This document shows positions 14,286-28,385 of a DNA stretch of 64,000 bases, one piece after another. The translations under genes and the position numbers were made by a program. Positions within the stretch are counted from its first letter, which is position 1, and every line of letters starts with the position of its first letter. The DNA is taken from assembly GCF_009914755.1 (NCBI RefSeq), contig NC_060947.1; one strand, 5' to 3'. The notes beneath the pieces are model-generated. The model searched no databases and was not told the DNA's origin. It saw only the letters and a program-made list of their open reading frames with translations. The DNA comes from the human T2T-CHM13v2.0 reference genome, Homo sapiens.

Positions 14286-15599
14286 AGAACCTGGAAATAA
14301 AGCCATACATGTAAAACCACTTGATTTTTGACAAAGTTGACAATAACAAACAATAGAGAAAGGACTCACCATTAAATAAATGGTTCTTGGATAACTGATC
14401 AGTGATGTGCAGGAGATTGAAACTGGCACCCTTCCTTTTACCATCTACATAAATTTTTCTGGACATCAGCCTTGGAGATGCATTTATGACTAGGTCCCCA
14501 AAAGCAATTGCAACACACAGAAAATTGTCACAAATATGGATATAATTAAACTAAAGAGCTTCTGAAAACTATACACAAAGCAAACAGGAAGCCTACAGAG
14601 TGGGATAAGTTATTTGCAAACTATGCATCTAACAAAAGCCTATTATCCAGAATTTGTAAGCTACTTAAACAAATCACCAAGCAAAAAACAAATAAATCAG
14701 TTTAAAAATGGGCAAAGAACATTAAAAGACCATTCTAAAAACGATATTCATGTGGTCCACAAATATATGAAAAAATGCTCATCATCACAAATCCTCACAG
14801 AAATGCCAATCAAAACCACAATGAGATACCATCTCACACCCGTCAGAATGATTATTATTTAAAAGTCAAAGACAACTGATGCTGGCAAAGATTTAGATAA
14901 AAAGCAATCTTTATACACTGCCAGTGGGAATGTAAATTCAGCCAGTGTAGATAGCAACGTGGTGTTTTCTCAAAGAACTTAAAACTGGACTACCATTCAA
15001 CTCAGAAATCCAACTACTATGTATATACTCAAAGAAAAATACATTGTTCTACCAAAGAGAATAATGCACATATATGTTCATCCCTATGCTATTCACAATA
15101 CCAATAACATGCCATCAACCAAGATGCCTATCAACGGTGGACTGGGTAAAGAAAATGTGATCCATATACATCACAGAATATGACATAGCAATAAAAAAAA
15201 AAAATGAAATCATGTTCTTTGAAGCAATATGGATGGAGCTGTAGGCCATTATCCTAACCAAACTAATGCAGAAACAGAAAAACAAATACTTTGTGTTCTT
15301 AAAGTGATAGCTACATATTGAATACACATGAACACAAAGAAGGGAACAATAGTCTCTGGAGGCTACTTGAGAAGGGAGGGTGGAGAAAGGGGTATGAGTT
15401 TGAAGGATTCCTATTTGGTACTGTGCTCATTACCTTGTTGACAGGATCATTCATACACAAAGCCATAGTGACACTCAATTTTCCCATGTAACAAGTCTGC
15501 ATACGCACCCCCTCAGCTTAAATTTTTTTAAAAAAATTATTAATTACCTAGAATAAACCATAATGCATTAAGTGTTTTGATGAGAATAAAAAAAATTTA

Positions 15600-15863
15600 G
15601 GGCAAATATTATATATATATATTTGTATGTATATTATAATATTGTATATTATTATAATATTTTACTATTATGTATAATATATGTGTAATATACATATATT
15701 ATGATATTATACATAATATTATAATGTATTATGTATAATATTATAATGTATTATGTACAATATAATGTATTAATATATACAAGTAGACATTATGTATTTT
15801 TATATATAATGTGTATATATATACACACATACACATTGGAATACTATACCACTCATCCGTATA

Positions 15864-15916
<53 letters not shown>

Positions 15917-15937
15917 ATATATATATATGTGTGTGTG

Positions 15938-15974
<37 letters not shown>
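15600..15974. repeat. AT-rich low complexity plus compound (TG)n(TA)n(CA)n microsatellite
   Basis: Directly visible; source of the YIYI/HTHT pseudo-ORFs. Confidence 0.92.
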
Positions 15975-16656
<682 letters not shown>

Positions 16657-18489
16657 GAAATAGATGCTTTGGGGCTAAAAAGCTCCTACTCCACCTTAGG
16701 TGGAACTTCTTGAGCACTCTACAAAATGAATGCAATGCCTCTACCAACTTTAACTATGAGAGAGAGTGTTTTTTATTTCAGTAATAAATGTATCTATAAA
16801 ATATCTTATTCCAAAATATTGGAGGAAAGATGTATTTGGTGCAAATGAATGCATAAAATAATTTGAATTGCAATGACTAAAATGTTAAATGTACAAAGCC
16901 CTTTCAAAGACTCTAGAGATTAAACCTAAATTAGATTTTTAATGTACTTTCTTTTCTGATGTTTCTTTAACTTTTATTTTGCAGAGTTGACTTATCCTTT
17001 GAATTATGAAGTAAACAAGATATATTCTTTTTTTCTAATGTTTGTTCATACTCTAATTTTTGTGGTATTCTGTATTCAAATTATTAGGTTCTTCTTGCCA
17101 GATATGATTAGTGAAGTCTACCTATCAATATTTAATGAGCTGCTGACAAAAAAAAAGGTGTGGAACAACTAACAGCAGACTATGTTTGGCCCTCTAACCA
17201 AAATGACTACTAATTCAACTTGTTCTATCATTGAAACCAGTCTTACATAAAGTGAAATAAAGCTTTTCTATATTTGTGATTTGTTGGCCCTAGAATATTT
17301 TAGTCCTATTACACTTCCTCCACTTGCCTAAAACAGAACATGAATTCCACTTTTCCTCTCTGGGCCACTACTATAGAAGCTGTGAAGCTAAGTCAAATTC
17401 TTACTGGCTGTCATAGTCTGTAATTTCCATTAACCTTTTCTTCTAAGCTATGAAGGGAGGAGATGAAATCAGGATTGGATAAAAGTAAAGTATAGTGAGG
17501 AAAGGTAGAAGAAACACTTTGAGTCAGTGACTAAGACTTAAATACACCTATGGGAGAAAACTTGGGATGCATTGTCAGAAAGACACACTGCTGAAGTTAA
17601 TGTCTTAATGTAGCTGTGTGTCAATTAAGGCATGGATCTGATGGATCCATGCCTGGATCAAGTTATCTGAGAAACAGCATATAGCTAGGAAATAGTATCC
17701 TTTTTTGTAGACAGCATCAAGCAATTGCCTTTCATTTTTAAATTCATTTTTTTCATCTCTTCCCTGCTCCATCTTTTCCTAGGGTTCCACATCTTTGGGA
17801 ATATTTTTTGTAACTCTGAAGTAAAGACAAGTGATCTCAAAAATATAAAATATTTGTTCTAAAATTGAAAACAACAGTGATTATGTAAGCTTTTATCTCA
17901 GGGTCATATGTTACTATAGACACAGATAGTGTACTCTGTTCATCAAAGAAGTTGATTCCCAAGCCATTTATTTCACCATGTTCAGGAGTTCAGATGTCAT
18001 TAGGCAAAGCATATTGTGAATGTAGTTTCCATCCAAGTTCCTTACTCCCAAAGGCATGTTTTATGCATCTGTTTTTATTTAGTACTTTTTAATTAATACA
18101 TTGAAATTTCTTTACTATTTTTTCCTAAATGCAAGTGAAATTGCTTTCTGAATTGGAATTCATTATGGTGGAATACCGCATTAAATAAAATATATAAGCA
18201 TGCATTTAAATCACATGCTGCTCTCTTTTTTTTGCTCTAATTGTGAATTGTGATTTTGTGTTCATAATTTAGGCATAAAAATAATTTTCAAGGAACTTTA
18301 CATAATTCAGAGCTCTGTCTCTGTGTTTTGCATATGCACAGGCCCATTCATATATGCATGTTTGCAAGAGAGGAACAGAGAGAGAGAGGGAACTGTGAAA
18401 AAAGCAAAAGCAATGAATGTAAGTTTATTTTACCTGCATTACCTAATTTATTTTTACCTCCAAATTTATTATGCATAGTATTGTTCTCT

Positions 18490-18605
18490 TTAAGTTACAG
18501 ACAGAAAACCTGAATAATAAGAAGGTTTTGTAACATACCAAAGGTTAAGTAGTTAGAAATTAACAGTCAGGATTTGAACCCAGGCAGTGTCAGTCCAGGG
18601 TTCCT
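18490..18605 (-). mobile_element. MIR fragment
   Basis: ttacagacagaaaacctga..aaggttaag..caggatttgaacccaggcagt. Confidence 0.7.
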
Positions 18606-18945
18606 CAGCGTTTCTCTCTTACCCACTTCTTTTCTGTTATTGGAATCCACAGATTTTCTTTAATTATTTTTTTGTACAAGTGTAGACACTTTCAATGCTA
18701 TTTTTTGTTAGTGGTTAACTTACATTTTTACATGAGCATTTTGCTTAAGAAAGCTCAAATTGATTCAGCTCTCAATTCTCATTTTCAATATGAGGGATTT
18801 AGAACACTTTATTCTGATGATCTTTTTCCTGAAATCTCCCATGTTGTAATTGTCCAGTATTTTTGTATCATTTTATTTTTAAATATCCCATATTAGTCAC
18901 TGTTATTTTTATAGCCAATATTTATATAGATTTAGGCACATATTT

Positions 18946-19253
<308 letters not shown>

Positions 19254-19304
19254 TTAGGCACATATTTTAATAACTTACTTTGTCTCAATTGCTTCTTTTT
19301 ATAA

Positions 19305-20183
19305 AATGTGTCTATAGAAATGTAATTCAAATACCATATAATTAATCAATTTAATGTGTGCAATAGTGGCTTTTGGTATTTCACAAGTTAGTGCTATTAT
19401 CACCACAAGCTTTTCCAAAAATGTTTCTGACATATTGAAAAAGTACATAATAAATATTGATTTACACGTTTTGCTCTATGACTTCTGACTCCCCAAACCT
19501 AAGCAACCACTAATCTACTTTTTGTCTCTGTACATTTGCCCACTGGACACTTCTAATAAACAGAATAATACAGTATGTAGTTCATGAAAGCTTCTTTTAC
19601 TTAGCAGAATAGTTTCAATGTGCATCCATGTTATAGTATGTATCATTATTTCATTCATTTTTATTGCTAAACAATATTCCATCAGATAGATATATTAATT
19701 TTTATTTACCCAGTTAGCAGTTGAGGGCCATTTAAGGTGTTGCCACTTTGGGATACTGTGAATAATGCTACTATGAGTATTTACATACAAATTTTTGAGT
19801 AAATATATGCTTTTCTTTCTCCTTGGTAGATAATTAGGAGTGGAAATTTTGGTCCTATGGTAACTCTGTGTTAAACTTTTGAGGAACAGCTAAAACAAAT
19901 TTCCAAAGTGTTTGCACCATTTGCATTCTTGCCTACAAAACATAAGCGTTCCTTCACCAACATTTGATCTCATCTTATTTTTAAAATACATCCTAGTGAG
20001 TAAGAAGTAGCTTCTATTGTGGTTTCTATTTACATTTTCCTAATGACTAATAGTATTAAACATGTTTTTATGTGCTCATGGGCCATTTGTATGTCTTCTT
20101 TGGAGAAATATCTATTTAGACTTTTAACCATTTTCTAACTGAGTTAGTTGTTTTTTTAAATTATTGTATTGTCAGAGTTTTTT
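19305..20183 (-). mobile_element. L1MB/MC-type 3' region (host element, first segment)
   Basis: Antisense L1M 3'UTR/ORF2 end: aagcaaccactaatctacttt..ggccatttgtatgtcttctttggagaaatatctattt. Confidence 0.75.
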
Positions 20184-20924
20184 CAGACTTATCAAGGTAC
20201 AATTGACAAATACAATTTGCATATATTCAAAGTGTATGATGAAATGTTTTGTAAAATGATTCCACAAATCAGTCTAATTCCCATATCCATCACCTAACAT
20301 AGTTACCTTTTTTTTTGGTGGTGCCAATATAGAAGATCTATTCTCTTAGTAAATTTCAAGTATACAACACATTATTAACTATAGTCACCATGCTGTACAT
20401 TAGGTCTTCAGAATTTATTTATGTTATATCTAGAAGTTTGTAGAGTTTGAGCAACATTTTCCTATTTCCCTCACCTTCCCAACTCTGCTAAGTTTCTTTT
20501 TATTGTTTTGTTATGAGTTTGACTTTTTTTGATTCCATATGTAAGTAAGATAATTCAGTATTCATCTTGTTGTGTCTGGCTTATTCCCTTAGCATAATAC
20601 CATCCAAGCTCATACATGTTGTTACAAATTGCAAGATTTCCCTTTATAGAGGACAGAAAACATTCCCCTTTATATACATGACATATATATGTCATATATA
20701 TATTTTTTATGCATTCATCCATTGACACAAATGTGGGTTGTTTTATATCTTGGCTATTCTGAATAATGCTGCCATGACTATTTGAAGTGAAGCTTCATAC
20801 TGATTTTTTTAGATGTACTGATTTTAGTCCCTTGTAGCTATATACTGAGAAGTGGGATTGTTGAATTATAAAAGTTTTATTTTTAATTTTTTAAGAAGCT
20901 GCCATGTTGTTTTCAATAATGGTT
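20184..20924 (-). mobile_element. L1MA-type (L1MA9-like) 3' end nested in older L1
   Basis: ggtacaattgacaaata..catatccatcacctaacatagttacc..tattaactatagtcaccatgctgtacattagg. Confidence 0.75.
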
Positions 20925-21279
20925 AGTATTAGTTAGTTTTCATCTTCCTGATAAAGACATACCCAAAACCGGGGACAAAAAGAGGTTTAATTGAACTTAC
21001 AGTTCCACATGGCTAAGGTGGCCTCAGAATCATGGCCGGAGGCAAAAGGCACTTCTTACATGGCAGCAGCAAGAGAAAAATGAGGAAGAAGGAAAAACGG
21101 AAACCACTGATCATCCCATCAGATCTCGTGAGTCTTATTTACTATCATGAGAATAGCATGGAAAAGACCAGCCCTCATGATTCAATTACCTCCCACTGGA
21201 TCCCTCCCACAACATGTGGGAATTCTGGAAGACACAATTCAAGTTGAGATTTGGGTGGAGACACAGCCAAACTATATCA
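20925..21279 (-). mobile_element. THE1A LTR (ERVL-MaLR)
   Basis: Matches antisense THE1A: ctgataaagacataccc..ggcctcagaatcatggc..aaaggcacttcttacatggc..acacagccaaactatatca. Confidence 0.92.
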
Positions 21280-22412
21280 TTTCACCCCTGGACCCTCTAA
21301 ATCTCATGTCCTCACATTTCAAAACCAATCATGCCTTCCCAACAGTTCCTGAAAAATCTTAACTCATTTCAGCATTAACCCAAAAGTCCATAGTCCAAAG
21401 TCTCATCTGAGACAAGGTAAGTGCTTTCTGCCTATGAGCCTGTAAAATTAAAAGCAAGCTAGTTACTTCCTAGATACAATGGGAGTACGGGTATTGGGTA
21501 AATATGGCTGTTATAAATGGGAGAAATTGGCCAAAACAAAGGGGTTATAGGCCCCATGCAAGTCCAAAATCCAGTGGGGCAGTCAAATTTCAAAGCTCAA
21601 AAAATGATCTCCTTTGACTCCAGGTCTCAAATCCAGGTCACATGGATGCAAAAGGTTGGTTCCCATGGTCTTGGGCAGTTCAGCCCCTGTGGCTTTGCAG
21701 GGTACAGCCTCCCTCCTGGCTACTTTCATAGGCTGGCATTGACTTTCTGCGGCTTTTCCAGATGCACAGTGCAAGCTGTAAATGAATCTACCATTCTGGG
21801 GTCTGAAAGATGGTGGTCCTCTTCTCATAGCTTCACTAGATGGTGCCCTAGTAGGAACTCTGTGTGGGGGCTCCCAACCCACAATTCCCTTCTGCCCTGC
21901 CCTAGCAGCAGTTCTTCATGAGGGCACCATTCCTGCAGCAAATATTTGCCTGGGCACCCAGACATTTCCTTACATCTCCTGAAATCTAGGTGGAAGTTTC
22001 AAAGCCTCAATTCTTGACTTCTGTGTACCCGCAGGCTCAACACCATGTGGAATCTGCCAAAGCTTTGGGTTTCCACCCTCTGAAGCCACAGCTTGAGCTC
22101 TACATTGGCCCCTTTCAGCCACAGCTGGAGCAGATGGGACACACGGCACCCAGTCCCTAGGCTGCATAGAACAAAGACTCTGGGCCTGGCCTACAAAACC
22201 ATTTTTCCTCCTGGGCCTCCAGACCTGTGATGGGAGGGGCTGCCGTGAAGGTCTCTGACATGGCCTGGAGACATTTTCCTCATGGCCTTGGGGATTAACA
22301 TTAGGCTCCTTACTACTTATGCAAATTTCAGCAGCCAGTTTGAATTTCTCCTTGAAAAAATGGGTTTTTCTTTTCTACTGCATCTTCAGGCTGCAAATTT
22401 TCTGAACTTTTA
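21280..22412 (-). mobile_element. THE1A internal region, truncated (second LTR absent)
   Basis: ORFs 21583..21882 (EPPHRVPTRAPSSEAMRRGPPSFRPQNG) and 21970..22167 are THE1-int ORF remnants; similarity stops at ctgcaaattttctgaacttta. Confidence 0.9.
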
Positions 22413-22712
22413 GGCTTGATGCAGTGATGGTTCCAGTGTCTGTGGTGAAATTACTCATAGAACAGCTGTAGAGCTACATTCTGGAATGGGCATGGTTGAA
22501 GTTAGTGGAAGCCATCCTGAGGTGAAACGACAATGGCTCCTTCTTGGAGCTAGAGGAGCAGAGTATCTCCCTCTCTTGAGGACTGAAGGTAGTGATGGCT
22601 TGGTCATTTTAGTTACAAAAGCTGCCAGTGTGAGGATCACAGTGCCATCACAGCATTACAAATACTGATATGCTTTGCTGTTCTTTGTTTTTAAACATCT
22701 CCCAACATTGTT

Positions 22713-24939
22713 GGAGTTTCTTTTACAGTGTAGATACAGTTTCCTTATCAGATATATAATTTGCATATTCTCTCCCATTCTGTGGGTTATCTTTTTACTT
22801 TATTGATTGTGTCCTTTGAAAAACAAAAAACAAAACTGTTAATTTTGACAATGTCCAATTTGTCTATTTAGTTTTTTGTTGCTTAGGTTTTTGGTGTCAT
22901 ATCTAAAAACATTACCTGATCTAAAGTCAGAAAGTATCTTCTTAGATTGTAATACTTTTAGTTATTAGTTATTACATTTATGTCTTTGATCTATTGTGAA
23001 TTAAATTTTGTATATGGTGTTAGCATAGGGTCCAACTTCATTATGTGCATGTAGGTAAGTATTCAGTTGTCCTAATATTTTTTGTTGTAAAGACAATTAT
23101 TTCCCCCATTGAATTTTCTTGACACTCTTATTGAAAAAATCAATTTATTGTAAATTGTACAGGTTTATATTGGACAGTCAATTATATTGCACTGACCTCT
23201 ACGTGTGTCCTTGAATCAGCACCACACTGTCTTGATTACTGTTGCTTTGTATTAAGTTTTGAAATTGTAGAGTGTTAGTCCTCCAACTTTGATCTTCTTC
23301 AAGATTGTTTTGGGTAGTGTGAGTCTAATACATTTTATATCAATTTTAGGATCAAGTTTTCAACTTTGGGAAAGAATGAACTGAGATTTTTCATAGGGAT
23401 TGCATTGAATCTTTAGATCAATTTGGGAAGTATTGTCATTTTTATGTTAAACCTTATATTCATGAACTTCGGATATCTTTCCATTTTTGTGGTCTTTTTA
23501 AATTTATTTCAACAATTCTTTAAAAACGTTCATGGCAAAAGTTTGCACATCTTGATAAACTTATTTCTAAGTATTATGTTCTCTTTGATTTCTTTTTCAG
23601 ATTATACATATTAATTTGTGAATACACAACTGAATTTTATGTGTTAATTTGTGTCCTGCAACTTTGCTTAATTCATTATTAAATCTATGTTTTTTGTAGA
23701 CTCTGTACGGTTTCCAGCAAATAAGTTCATGTCATCTTAAAACGAAGAGAATTTTATTCCTTCCTTTACAATATAGAGATATTGTCTATTTATTTTCTTG
23801 TCTAATTCCCCTGGTCAGAACATCCAGTACAATGTGAAATATATGTGGGTAGAGCACGTATCATTTTCTAGTTTCAGATATTAGGGTATCAGTTATCAAC
23901 AATTCTACTAGCTGTGAGATTTTCTTGTATGTACATTGTGAGCTTAAGAAAGTTCCCTTATATTCTGAGTTTGTTGATTTTTAATATAAAATGTTATGGC
24001 ATATTGTCAAATGCCTTTCTTTTGTCTCTGACATAAAAATGTAGATATTATCTTCAATTCTATTAATACTGATAATTATAATACTTAATTTTTGTGTTAA
24101 ACCTTATGTTTCTTGGATTAATACTACTTAATCATGATGTTTAATCTTTTTAACATGATGCTTGATTCAGTTTGCTAATATTTTTTCTGCAATATTAACA
24201 TCTATATTCAGAAGGTAGATTCTCTAGTTATCTTGTGATATCTTTATCTGGATTTGATGTCACAGATATTCATCTCATAAAATAAGTTAGGAGGTGTTTT
24301 CTATTTCTTTGAAGAGATTGTGAAGAGTTGGTGTTAGTTATTCCTTCAACATTTGATATAATTCATCAGTAAAGGCATCTGAGCTTTCATGTGTAGTTTT
24401 TTAAATTACTAATTAAATCTCTTTACTTAATGTAGATCTTCTTGATATTCTGCTTCTCCTTGGCAAGTTTCATTATTTTTGTTTCTTTGTAGAGATTTGT
24501 CAATTTCCTGAAAGTTATCTAATTTGTTGTCATACAGCTGTTTATGGTACTCAGTTAAAATCCTTTTGGTCTGTACAGTTGGTAGTGATGCTAACTATTT
24601 TGCTCCAGATTTTAGTAATATTGCTTTTCTCTTTTATTTCCTGGACAGACTATTAAAGTTTTGTCACTTTATTAATTATTACTGAGAATAAAATTTTGGT
24701 TTTATTAATTTCCTCTATTGTGTTTCTAGTAGATATTTCATTTATTCCTACTATAGTCTTTATTGTTTTCTTCCTTCTGTTGGCTTTGGGTTTAGTATTC
24801 ATTTATTTTTCACTGTGTTTGAATGAAAATTATAGTTTATTATTTGATATTTGTCTTTATTGTTAGAGCAAGCTATAACTTTTTAAATGAATATGTATGT
24901 TTTCCCTTAAGCACTACTTTAGCTGTATCCCATATATTT
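22713..24939 (-). mobile_element. Host L1M ORF2 continuation (a further piece resumes at ~27190-27312)
   Basis: Resumes collinearly from 20183 (..ttccttatcagatatataatttgcatattc..). After the nested L1MA it continues tgtatgttgtgtc..ttgacccattggttattcagaagtatg. Confidence 0.8.
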
Positions 24940-27183
24940 TTAAAATTTTATTTACTTTTACTTATTTTTATTGCTACATATTAGATATACATATTTCAGG
25001 GGTACATGTGATAATTTTATGTATTCAATAAACAAATTAAAGTAATCAGGGTAATTTGGATATCCATCAAATCAAATATTTATTTTTTTCTTTAAGTTAA
25101 TAACATTTGAATCATTCTGTTTTAGCTATTTTGAAATCTACAATCAATTAATTTTCACAATAGTCACTCTACCAATCTACCAAACATCAGGCCGTATTTC
25201 TTCTAGCTAACAACATATTTGTACCCAGTAATCGACTTCTCTTCTCCTCTCCTCCTCCGCTTACACTTCCTGGTCTCTTATAACAAGTAGTCTCCTCTGG
25301 GTCATCATGAGATCGACCTTTTAATGTTCCACATATGAAGGCCACTGAATATGAGATTTTTGTATTTCTGTACTTTGTTTCACTTAATGACCTCCAGTTT
25401 CATCCATATTGTTTCAAATAACAGAATTGTATTTCCTTTTATAGCTGAATAATATTTCATTTTGTATATATGCCATATTTTCTTTATTAATTTATCCTCT
25501 GATAAACATGTAGGTTGATTCCATATTTTGGCTATTGTCAGCAGTGCTGCAGTAAATGTAGAAATGCAGATATATTTTATATGTATTGATTCTCTTTCAT
25601 TGGATCTATACTCAGGAGTAGAATTGCTGAAACATATGGTAGGTCTATTTTTACTTTTTTGAGACACCTGTATACTTTTTTTCCATAGTGGCTGTAATAA
25701 TTTACATTCCCACAAATAGTGTAGGAGAGTTCTCCTTTACCCACATCCTTGCCAGCAGCGGTTATTCCCTGTCTTTTTGATAAAATCCATTCGAACTGGG
25801 GTGAGATGATATCTCACTGATGTTTGATTTGCATTTTTCTGATGATTAGTGATGTTGAACGGTTTTTCATATAACTGTCAGCCATATTTATATATTCTTT
25901 TGAGAAACTTTTATTCAGATATTTTGCCCATTTTTAAATTGGATTATTTGTTTTTTTTCTGTTGAGTTATTTGAGCTCCTTATATATTCTGATTATTAAT
26001 CCTTTGACAGTTGGGTAGTTTGCAAATATTTTTCCTCATTCTTTGTTTTCTCTTCACTTTCTTGATTGTTTTCTTTGCCCTGCAGAAGCTTTTTAGATTA
26101 ATATAACCCCACTTATCTATTTTTGCTTTGACTACCTCTGCGTTTGAGATCTTACACAAAAAAAATCTTTGCACAGACCAATGTTCTGGAAGATTTTCCC
26201 CAAATTTTCTTCTAGTAGTATCATAGTTTCAGTTCTTAGATGTAAGTCTTTAATCCATTTTGATTTTTTTTGTATATAGTGATAAATACTGATCTAGTTT
26301 CATTCGTCTGCATATTTTTATCCACTTTTCCAGGAAGCATCTATCAAAGAGACTATTCTTTCCCCTTGTATGTTCCTGGTGCCTTTGCCAAAAATGAATT
26401 GGCTATAAATGCGTAGATTTATACCTGTGTTCTTTATTCTGTTCAATTGGTCTACATGTCTGTTTTAATGCCAGTACCATGCTGACTTTAAAGCCTGTCC
26501 ACTACAATTTTAAACAAGACAATGATGCCCACTTTTACCACTTTTATTCATCACAATACTGGAAGTCCTAGCCAGAGCAATTAGTCATGAGGAAGAAATA
26601 AAAGGCATCCAAATTGGAAAGGAAGAAGTCAAAATAGCCTTGTATGCAGGGGACATAATCTTACATGTAGAAAATCCTAAAGACTTCACCAAAAAGCTGT
26701 TAAAACTGATAAACAAATTCAACAAAGTTTCACAATACAAAATGAACATACCAAAAGCAGTAGAATTTATATATGCTAACAGCAAGCAATCTGAAAAATA
26801 AATTAAAAAGTAATCACACTTGTAGTAGCTACAAAGAATATATAACACCTGGTCAATTTAACTAAAGGTGTGAAAGATCTATGCAAGGAAATCAATATAA
26901 CATTGATGAAATAAATCGAAAAGGATTTTCACAAAAATAGAAGAATATCCCACACTCATGGATTAGAAAAATTAATTTTATTAAAATGATAATTCTACCC
27001 AAAGCAATTACAGATTTAATGAAATCCCTATCAAAATACCAATGACATCCTTCAAAGAAATAGAAAAAAATTCTAAAGTGTATATGGAACCACAAAAGAT
27101 CCGAATAGCCAAAGCAAGCCTGAGCAAAAATCTGGAAGGCATCATACTACCTGACATCAAAATATAATACAAAGCTATAGTAA
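24940..27183 (-). mobile_element. L1MA-type element with 5' inversion (24940-26485 antisense, 26486-27183 sense)
   Basis: Antisense part runs from the T-rich tail to ccagtaccatgctg. Sense part runs from RT (gatgcccactttta..) to caaagctatagtaa. The two ends are adjacent in L1 order. Confidence 0.85.
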
Positions 27184-27312
27184 TTGTATGTTTCTGTATG
27201 TTGTGTCTACCTTTTAAATCATTTCAATGTATTTCAAAATTTTTCTCATTTTCTTGACCCATTGGTTATTCAGAAGTATGTTGCTTATTTTCAACATGTT
27301 TGTGATTTTCCA

Positions 27313-27422
27313 AGGTGTTTGAGGCTGCGGGAAGACATGATTGCACCACTATACTGAAGCCCTGGTGACAGAGTGAGACCTTGTCACACACACACACACA
27401 CACACATACACACACACACACA
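27313..27422 (+). mobile_element. AluJ-like 3' fragment with (CA)n tail
   Basis: tttgaggctgc..atgattgcaccact..ggtgacagagtgagaccttgtc followed by (CA)n. Confidence 0.75.
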
Positions 27423-27519
27423 AAGCACCACAATTTACCACAATTACCAGTGAATTTGAAATAGTCTGGAGCTCCTTCAATTTGGCAGTTTGGTAAAGAA
27501 CACCTACAACAAAACAAAC

Positions 27520-28210
27520 AACAAAAAAGCAAACAAAAATAAGCCTAGAATATCAAAAGATTTTTTTAAAGGAAAGAAAAAGTTGATGGGCTCATATTAC
27601 TTGATTTTAAGATTTACTGTAAAGCTATTCAAAGCAGCATGGTAGCAGATAAAGATAGACACAAAGATAAATTGAACAGAATGTTGTCCAAAATAGATCT
27701 ACATAAATATGTTTATCTGAATTTAACAAGAGTACAAAACAAATTTAATAAAGAAGGATACATTTCTTGACAAACAATTTTGGAGCAACTGGACATTTAT
27801 ATGAAAAATATAAAAATTGATTAAAGCCTCACTCCATATCAAAAATGAACTTAGAATAGGTCATAGATCTGCATATAAGATGTAAACCTACAAAACTGAT
27901 ACAAGAAAATATAGGAGCAAATATTTGTGACTTGAGGTTAAGTAAAGAGTTCATAGGTAACAACAAAAATAGTAGCTAAGGAAAAAATGATAAATCTTAA
28001 CACGACAAACATTAAAAATGTTTACTTTATAAATACAACTGTGAAGTGACTGAAAAGACAAACAATATACTGGGAGAAAATATTTATAAGCCACTTATCC
28101 AGCAAAGTTTTTAATACCTAGAAGAATAAAGAACTCTGAGAATAACAAGAAGCAAATAAACAAGACATAATCATAATATAGGTAAAAAGCTGAAACAAAC
28201 ACTCACATAT
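27520..28210 (+). mobile_element. Old L1M ORF2 fragment
   Basis: tacttgattttaagatttactgtaaagcta..agaaaatataggag..tgaaaagacaaac..tactgggagaaaatattt. Confidence 0.75.
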
Positions 28211-28269
28211 TTCTACATCAAAGAAGAAAAAATGTGATTTTATTATATACATATATATTTAAATAAATA

Positions 28270-28385
28270 AATTATACCATGAGGTAGTTATTTTCATTAT
28301 CCTATTTGCAGAATGAGCAACTGAGGCTCAGAGAAGAAAGTCATTTCTTTGGAGACAGCAGGATTCAAGTTCAACTCTCTCTGAC
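28270..28385 (-). mobile_element. MIR fragment
   Basis: tatcctatttgcaga..aactgaggctcagaga..caggattcaag MIR core. Confidence 0.7.
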
